Shown one piece after another: positions 35,672 to 41,274 of a stretch of 41,274 bases of DNA. The DNA is from Gemmatimonadota bacterium (GTDB lineage Bacteria; Gemmatimonadota; Gemmatimonadetes; Gemmatimonadales; GWC2-71-9). A model generated the notes under the pieces. The model was given only the letters and a program-made list of their open reading frames with translations, did no database searches and was not told where the DNA came from. Position numbers and translations under genes: made by a program. Location: assembly GCA_039931815.1 (NCBI GenBank), contig JBDTRF010000003.1:1-41274 (forward strand), read 5' to 3'. Position 1 is the first letter of the stretch. Every line of letters starts with the position of its first letter.

Positions 35672-36547
35672 TTACTCACCTGAAATTGTATAGTCTACCA
35701 GGACGCCGTTGACGAATCGGGCGCTCGTACGCTGGCCGGATTTGGCGTACGTGCGGGTCATGATCTTGAGAGAACAATCCTCCGACTCTGACGCGGTACC
35801 GGCCGGACCCAGGAGATGCTCGACTTCGTCGAGGGTCATGCCTTTTCGAATAGTCGTCGCGCCCGCTGCTGCCGAGGCGACCGCCGCCGGAGCGTTGCCG
35901 GAGAATTCCACGTACCGACTCAGTGACTGGCGTAGCCCCTCTGGTGAAAGCATCTCGGGGGGAACACCCCCGCGAAACCGGATATTGAACCTGCTTCCGC
36001 CTTCCACCCGTCTTCCCCGCAAATTGGCCTCTCTCACCTCTTCCGCTTGAGCTGCATCGGATGAAGCCCGGGAGTTCTCCCGCTCCCTCGCCGACTTGAG
36101 TTCATCAAGGTCGCGCTGCATCCGACGCTTCTGTCCGGTGCTGCTCGAGCGGCTGATCGAATCACGCAGTGCCTTTTCCCGGTTGGTTTCCCCCTGCTGG
36201 GTGGGAGACGAAGAAGAATTGCCCATGTCGTCGCCAAAGGTGCCGTACCCACCCCCGCCCAGCTGAAACTCGATGAGATCCGCCTTCACTTTGATCTTGG
36301 TGACCATGACAGCATCGCCATTCCTGAGCGCGGTGCCATACTTCTTGAGCTTCTGTGCCACGTCGGGGAAATCCACGGGCATGTCTCCGCCGGGATAGAC
36401 ATTTACTCCCTGGCTCGTTCCGGGCATATCGATCCTGACAACGACCGTCTGACCCTCGAAGGCGCGGCGAAGCGCGGTTTCGTTCTGACCGTGCAGCGGA
36501 ACCAGTGGCAACCCGAGCACGAGAAGCGCTCCCCAGGCGAGGCGCAT
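35672..36547 (-). CDS. Hypothetical exported protein (central coiled coil, C-terminal SmpA/BamE-like repeat)
   Basis: AAGGA RBS, signal peptide (LHG-Q), QLGGGGYGTFGD, charged helical middle, IRKGMTLDEVEHLLGP...ARFVNGVLV. Confidence 0.75.
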   Translation of the reverse strand: MRLAWGALLVLGLPLVPLHGQNETALRRAFEGQTVVVRIDMPGTSQGVNVYPGGDMPVDFPDVAQKLKKYGTALRNGDAVMVTKIKVKADLIEFQLGGGGYGTFGDDMGNSSSSPTQQGETNREKALRDSISRSSSTGQKRRMQRDLDELKSARERENSRASSDAAQAEEVREANLRGRRVEGGSRFNIRFRGGVPPEMLSPEGLRQSLSRYVEFSGNAPAAVASAAAGATTIRKGMTLDEVEHLLGPAGTASESEDCSLKIMTRTYAKSGQRTSARFVNGVLVDYTISGE

Positions 36548-36608
36548 AAATGAGAGTCCTTGAAAAGGGTGTGTTGCGTGAACTGCTCGAGCAGCAATGC
36601 TGCTCGAA

Positions 36609-37004
36609 TCAGGGGCGTGCCGCTTCTCGGTCGATCGTCAGGCGTATCGCCTGGTTTCCCGGTGCCAGTACCCTGATTTCGTACTCGGCGTTGGCGTGTG
36701 GCCGAATCTCGTACACCGCAGGATGATCAGCGCTCTTGCCCAGTTGATCCAGGCGCACCGACTTGACACCGCTCTGGATCGGGTGGATCTCCAGATGAAC
36801 CCGGTCCCCGGTCACCGAGGCACGATAGGTTACTCCCGCTTCCAACCGGACCCGAACGAACTCTCGACTGGGACTCTGAAATGTATGGTCGAGCAATCGC
36901 TCGACCGCAGAATCGCCGACGGCGCGGGTGGTATCCACCTGGGCCGACACTCCCCCGGCGGGGGCCATTAAAGCAAGCGAGAGCAAGAGGTTATGGATTC
37001 GCAT
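36609..37004 (-). CDS. Hypothetical exported protein
   Basis: Signal peptide (VSA-Q); beta-rich, with VRLEAGVTYR reminiscent of PPC-like domains. Confidence 0.65.
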   Translation of the reverse strand: MRIHNLLLSLALMAPAGGVSAQVDTTRAVGDSAVERLLDHTFQSPSREFVRVRLEAGVTYRASVTGDRVHLEIHPIQSGVKSVRLDQLGKSADHPAVYEIRPHANAEYEIRVLAPGNQAIRLTIDREAARP

Positions 37005-37136
37005 CTAGCAAACTAACAGAAAGCAGGTAAAAGTAATAGAAAGAAACTCAATGAATCTGCAGGAGGGGCCGGAGCGACTTTGTTCAATCCATGCGTGTCG
37101 CCGGGCCAGAAACCCACCAGGTCAAACGGTTAGGTT

Positions 37137-37586
37137 GTGACAATGTCACTCCAACGGATTCAGAAACTCGCCTGGTTGCTGGATAATTCCATTCCAATTC
37201 CCGGTACCAGGATACGGATTGGCCTGGACCCCATTATCGGCCTGATTCCGGGGATTGGGGATGTCGCAGGGGGGGTCTTTTCCGCCTATATCGTCATCGA
37301 AGCGGCCCGCCTGGGTGCCAGCAACAATACACTCTTTCGAATGTGCTGGAACGTGCTGATTGAAGTCGTCTTTGGAACGATACCCGTACTGGGAGACATC
37401 TTCGATGCCGGCTGGAAGGGGAACGCGAAGAATATCTCGCTTCTTGAGCGCCACCTTGGCGATCGAACCCTGGCCCGCCAGCGCGATCGGGGCTTTATCG
37501 TCGTCCTGGCATCGGGACTCCTCCTCGTGCTCGTCGCTGCCCTGAGTACATCCTTCCTGGTTCTACGCTGGCTTTTCAGGCTTTGA
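37137..37586 (+). CDS. DUF4112-family membrane protein
   Basis: LAWLLD..IPIPGT.IRIGLDPIIGLIPGIGD, RM..NV, G.IP.LGD.FD..WK.N.KN..LL. Confidence 0.9.
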   Translation: MTMSLQRIQKLAWLLDNSIPIPGTRIRIGLDPIIGLIPGIGDVAGGVFSAYIVIEAARLGASNNTLFRMCWNVLIEVVFGTIPVLGDIFDAGWKGNAKNISLLERHLGDRTLARQRDRGFIVVLASGLLLVLVAALSTSFLVLRWLFRL

Positions 37587-37710
37587 AGTCTTCCGGCCGA
37601 TTCAAATCGGCCATCGCCAGTCGGCGTCGTTTTTTGGGGATTTTCCTCTTTTGGACTCACCGCGTGACTACCCCCTTGCTTAAGGGTGTTCTCCCCCCTA
37701 TAAAACAGGG

Positions 37711-39540
37711 GTGATCCCCCAAGAACGCGCATGTCCGACCTGCAAGACTCCCTTGCCTGGCGAGGCCTTGTACTGCACCTCGTGTGGCCTGGCCACGCCC
37801 ACTGCCGCCGTGGATACCGAAGGGCGGATTGAGTTTGCCGAGCTTCCCGATGCCGAGGTTGAAAGCCGGGCACGGCTCCAACTGGCGCTGGGAGATGGGT
37901 TTGAGGTAAGGGAACTGTTGGGTCGGGGCGGATTTGGCCTGGTTTTCACCGCTTTCGATCGGCGACTCAAGCGAGACCTGGCGGTGAAGGTCCTCCGGCT
38001 CGAGCTGGCGCTTTCCGGGACATTTATGGACCGGTTCGAGCGGGAAGCCATGACCGCCGCCCAGCTTCGCCATCCCAATATCGTTCCCATTTACGCTATA
38101 GGTGAGAAGGACGGGCTGGCGTACATCGTCATGCCACTGATCCGTGGTGAAACACTCCAGAAATTGCTGGAACGGGACGGCCCTCTTCCCATCGCAGAGA
38201 CCTGCCGCATCCTCACGGATGCCGCGAGCGCCCTGGCCGCAGCCCACGCGGTCGGGCTGATTCACCGGGACATCAAGCCGGACAATATCATGCTGGAGGG
38301 TGCCGATCGCCGGGTGCTCCTCATGGACTTCGGCATCGCGAAGATGGTCCGAACGTCCGATGCCAACCTGACCGGCACCGGGGTCCTGATCGGAACGCCG
38401 CTCTACATGAGTCCCGAGCAGGGGAGCGGCGATCGCGACATGGACCAGCGATCGGATATCTACTCGTTCGGTGTCGTCGCCTATCACATGGTGACCGGGA
38501 AGCCTCCGTTTGCCGGTTCGAGCGGCGCAGACCTGATTCGGCAGCACGTCCTTACTCCCGCTACCGACGTGCGCGTCATGCGCCCATCGGTTCCTCCTGC
38601 TCTGGCCCGCGCGGTGATGCGATGTCTCAGCAAGGATCGGGAACGACGGTGGCAATCGGCGGAGGATCTCCGGGTCGCTCTTCAGGCTGCATCCAGAGCC
38701 CAGGAATCCGGCATCGCTCAGAAGTCACTGTTCAGTATCGGCCGTGGAATCACGCGGATGCTCAAGCCGCTGGCGGTGGCGCTCGCGATTGCCATTCCGG
38801 TGGCACTCGTCGTCCTGCTTCGGAAACCTACTCCGGCCCTGCCCGTCGCCGTTGCGCCACTGGCGCCATCGGTTCCAGATCCGGTGGACAGCCTGTTGCT
38901 GGCTGCCCGGGGAGCAGCCACGTATTCGCGACAGCGTGCGGTGACTGCCGGCGCGCAGCCAGAGCAGCTCAGGGCGGGGGACTCAGTCATGGCGCGGGCG
39001 GACTCACTCGCAGGATTCGGACGGAAGGCGGAGGCGGCGGTCCTGCTGACGACGGCCGCTGGCCTGTGGGAGAAATCCGAGCGACCGATTCGCTCAGCCG
39101 CCCCGGTAACGGGCACAGGCAGAGGGCCGGGCCCAGTCCCGGCAGGAACATCCACGCGATCCTCTCCCGGTACACCATCGGCCAGCGGGGGTCAGCCGGC
39201 GCTGACCGATTCGGTCGCGGTTGCGAACTACTATGGGGAGCTTACCCGCGCCATCGCATCTCGCCAGCTTGGCGAGGTAAGACGTCTCCTCCCCAATCTC
39301 TCGTCGGGCGATGAACGGACGTGGCGCAACCTGTTTGAAGACAAAGATGTGGACGGGATTGACGTCAGCTACACGGTCATCACCGTCACTCGGCGCGACG
39401 CGACCGCCTATGCCCGCATCCGGCTGGTTCAACAGGTCAGCAAGAAAGGACGGACCCAGGAGAAGTCGAAGACCATGAACACGACCCTGACCCTGGGACC
39501 GCAAGGGTGGAGAGAGATACGGACAGAGCAGGTGAATTGA
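37711..39540 (+). CDS. Hanks-type Ser/Thr protein kinase with N-terminal Zn ribbon, one TM and a periplasmic C-terminal domain
   Basis: CPTC...CTSC; GRGGFG, AVK, HRDIKPDN, DFG, GTPLYMSPEQ, SDIYSFG; TM (LAVALAIAIPVALVVLL); Pro-rich linker; NTF2-like end. Confidence 0.92.
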   Translation: MIPQERACPTCKTPLPGEALYCTSCGLATPTAAVDTEGRIEFAELPDAEVESRARLQLALGDGFEVRELLGRGGFGLVFTAFDRRLKRDLAVKVLRLELALSGTFMDRFEREAMTAAQLRHPNIVPIYAIGEKDGLAYIVMPLIRGETLQKLLERDGPLPIAETCRILTDAASALAAAHAVGLIHRDIKPDNIMLEGADRRVLLMDFGIAKMVRTSDANLTGTGVLIGTPLYMSPEQGSGDRDMDQRSDIYSFGVVAYHMVTGKPPFAGSSGADLIRQHVLTPATDVRVMRPSVPPALARAVMRCLSKDRERRWQSAEDLRVALQAASRAQESGIAQKSLFSIGRGITRMLKPLAVALAIAIPVALVVLLRKPTPALPVAVAPLAPSVPDPVDSLLLAARGAATYSRQRAVTAGAQPEQLRAGDSVMARADSLAGFGRKAEAAVLLTTAAGLWEKSERPIRSAAPVTGTGRGPGPVPAGTSTRSSPGTPSASGGQPALTDSVAVANYYGELTRAIASRQLGEVRRLLPNLSSGDERTWRNLFEDKDVDGIDVSYTVITVTRRDATAYARIRLVQQVSKKGRTQEKSKTMNTTLTLGPQGWREIRTEQVN

Positions 39541-39655
39541 CCGGAACGACGATGGGCGTGGTTGTGAAGACCGAAGGGGTGGTTCAAAGTTGCTTGTGGC
39601 CGGTCATGCATCCATCTTTCTCCACCTGATTTCCCTCTACGAAAAGAATCGCTCC

Positions 39656-40126
39656 ATGAAAGCCTTCAAGCGCTGGACCAGCTGGACTGCACTCGCCGCG
39701 ATAGTTGCCGTGACCAGCGCCTATGTCAGCGAAAGCCACGGAACGTCAACGGCAGCAGCTCCTATCGAAATCACCGTCTACAAGAGTCCCACCTGTGGAT
39801 GCTGCGCCAAATGGATTGAGCATCTCACCGCCAGCGGGTTCAAGGTGACCACCCGGAACATGGACAACGTCGACCCGGTCAAGGATCAGAATCATGTGCC
39901 GGCGACGTTACGCTCCTGTCACACGGCAGTGGTCAATGGATACGTGATTGAAGGCCACGTTCCCGCTGCGGATATTCAGCGAATGCTCCGGGAGCACCCG
40001 AAAATTGTCGGGCTTTCCGTTCCCGGAATGGTTACCGGGTCACCGGGCATGGAAGGGGCTCATGCCGAGGCATACGACGTGGTAGCCTTCGGGGATGGAA
40101 AGACGTCTGTGTTCGCGAAGCACTAG
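39656..40126 (+). CDS. DUF411-family (CopG-like) periplasmic metal-binding protein
   Basis: Signal peptide from ATG 39656; YKSPTCGCC..W..HL, SCHTA...GY.IEGHVP, GLSVPGM..GSPGME. Confidence 0.9.
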   Translation: MKAFKRWTSWTALAAIVAVTSAYVSESHGTSTAAAPIEITVYKSPTCGCCAKWIEHLTASGFKVTTRNMDNVDPVKDQNHVPATLRSCHTAVVNGYVIEGHVPAADIQRMLREHPKIVGLSVPGMVTGSPGMEGAHAEAYDVVAFGDGKTSVFAKH

Positions 40127-40215
40127 CGGAAATCAGCAGGCGAAAAGCGGCGAGACTCTTCACGTGGGAAATGACGTTCTCGGGTTTCGGCATTGGCATA
40201 TCCGGATGAGGGCGC

Positions 40216-40506
40216 ATGACCATCCACGTCCCGGTCGGGCGACCCGAGCGGATCGCGATGGAGACGCGACGCGCGGAGGCGATTGAAGAAGGCTATCGCG
40301 CGCATCGACGGTTTCTGTTCCGGATCGGCCTTATCTACTGCGGCTGGCTGGCCATCGGCTGCTTCCTGATGATGGCGAGCTTCCACGTCGCGACCTACAA
40401 GTACGCCAGCCTGCTCTATGAAATGAGTTTCCTGATTGGCTATGGCGGGATGTTCTTTACGGCAGTCTTTGCCTACGTGCGGGGGCGTGAACGGGGCGAC
40501 TGGTAG
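40216..40506 (+). CDS. Hypothetical small membrane protein (2 TM)
   Basis: GAGG RBS, two hydrophobic segments, ends RGRERGDW. Confidence 0.6.
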   Translation: MTIHVPVGRPERIAMETRRAEAIEEGYRAHRRFLFRIGLIYCGWLAIGCFLMMASFHVATYKYASLLYEMSFLIGYGGMFFTAVFAYVRGRERGDW

Positions 40507-40527
40507 ATCAGATCGCCGATGCCGGAT

Positions 40528-41274
40528 TCACTCTGACGGTTGACGCTCCGGCACGCCGGGAAACTGCGTGGCCTGCCTTGGGTGAGCCGGCATCTCCGCC
40601 CACCGAATCTCCCTGGTAACTCCGCCGCCGAGCGGTCTCACGCTCACCACGTCGCCGATCCAGAACCCGACAGAATCGTCGCCCCACCGAAAAGCATCGC
40701 GTCCCTCGGCCGTGAGCGGTTGAGACCCTCCCGAATCTGCCGGGACACACAATCCCCTTCCATCCGGACAAGTGGTCACTTTCGCCCGTCGATCATCGCC
40801 AAGCCGGACTTCCAGAGCGGAATCGGCAGCGGCCGATGATTCGAGAACGACCGGCTTGATGCCTGGCTTGGAAGGCGGCGCCGGGGTGAAGAAATCTCCC
40901 CTCGTGGTCCGGATGAAGAGCGTTCGCCCATCCGGGGCCCAGCCCAGCTGGCGAGGAAACGCCGAGTCCGCCAGTGATGGCAGCTCCCGCTCCGCCCCAC
41001 TCAGCAGGTTCATGATCCACACGCGGAAGGAGACAGAGTCTTCCCGCGTTCCGCCGCGGATGAAGGCAAGCATGGCACCATCGGGGGAAAGGGCCGGGGA
41101 TGATTCATGGGCTCGACTGTACGTGATCCGGTACACCGGGCCACCGCTGGCCGAGCCCGCGTAGAGGTCGCCCTGTCCGGCTTCACCGTCCGCCTCGAAG
41201 ACGACGTAGGATTCCTCACCGACACCGATGTGATTCTTGATCGGGCTCATGGACATCTTGCAGCCCATCAGGAA
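40528..41274 (-). CDS. Lipoprotein with PD40/TolB-like beta-propeller repeats; 5' end lies beyond the window
   Basis: Frame is open at the window edge (F-L-M-G-C, lipobox-like); ESSPALSPDG.MLAF and WAPDGRTLF repeats. Confidence 0.75.
   Translation of the reverse strand, partial: FLMGCKMSMSPIKNHIGVGEESYVVFEADGEAGQGDLYAGSASGGPVYRITYSRAHESSPALSPDGAMLAFIRGGTREDSVSFRVWIMNLLSGAERELPSLADSAFPRQLGWAPDGRTLFIRTTRGDFFTPAPPSKPGIKPVVLESSAAADSALEVRLGDDRRAKVTTCPDGRGLCVPADSGGSQPLTAEGRDAFRWGDDSVGFWIGDVVSVRPLGGGVTREIRWAEMPAHPRQATQFPGVPERQPSE

Noticed and set aside
1-41274. CRISPR array, tRNA/rRNA, IS elements, prophage
   Set aside because: No regularly spaced direct repeats, cloverleaf or rRNA signatures, transposase, integrase or phage structural motifs recognised.

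Overview
GC-rich bacterial DNA, densely coding, with about 50 CDS. I could not recognise any rRNA, tRNA, CRISPR array, transposase or integrase. The gene content (SusC/SusD pair in high-GC DNA, Hanks-type kinase with a Zn-ribbon, many short lipoproteins) suggests Gemmatimonadota, which is an inference. At the left end, the minus strand carries an NAD-salvage operon (pncB, pncA) plus a degenerate class V aminotransferase that the ORF track missed. The best candidate for an undescribed system is 3.0-11.8 kb. It encodes an IclR regulator with a palindromic site over its own start, an exported cyanophycinase retaining the cyanophycin-specificity residues, a SusC/SusD TonB-dependent importer, a Tat-exported beta-aspartyl-amide Ntn hydrolase, and a translationally coupled POTRA-less Omp85 barrel. 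Together these look like a PUL-style locus for scavenging cyanophycin or other beta-aspartyl peptides. The rest of the window is a mostly co-oriented run of accessory stress, envelope and hydrolase genes: thioredoxin-like, TetR, DUF488, orphan EncFtn-like ferritin, DEAD-box helicase, VOC, cupins, two beta-lactamase-fold hydrolases, stand-alone GATase, M90 peptidase, GNAT, MOSC, exported MsrA/MsrB, DUF481, Ser/Thr kinase and DUF411. All family calls come from motif recognition by eye, not database searches.
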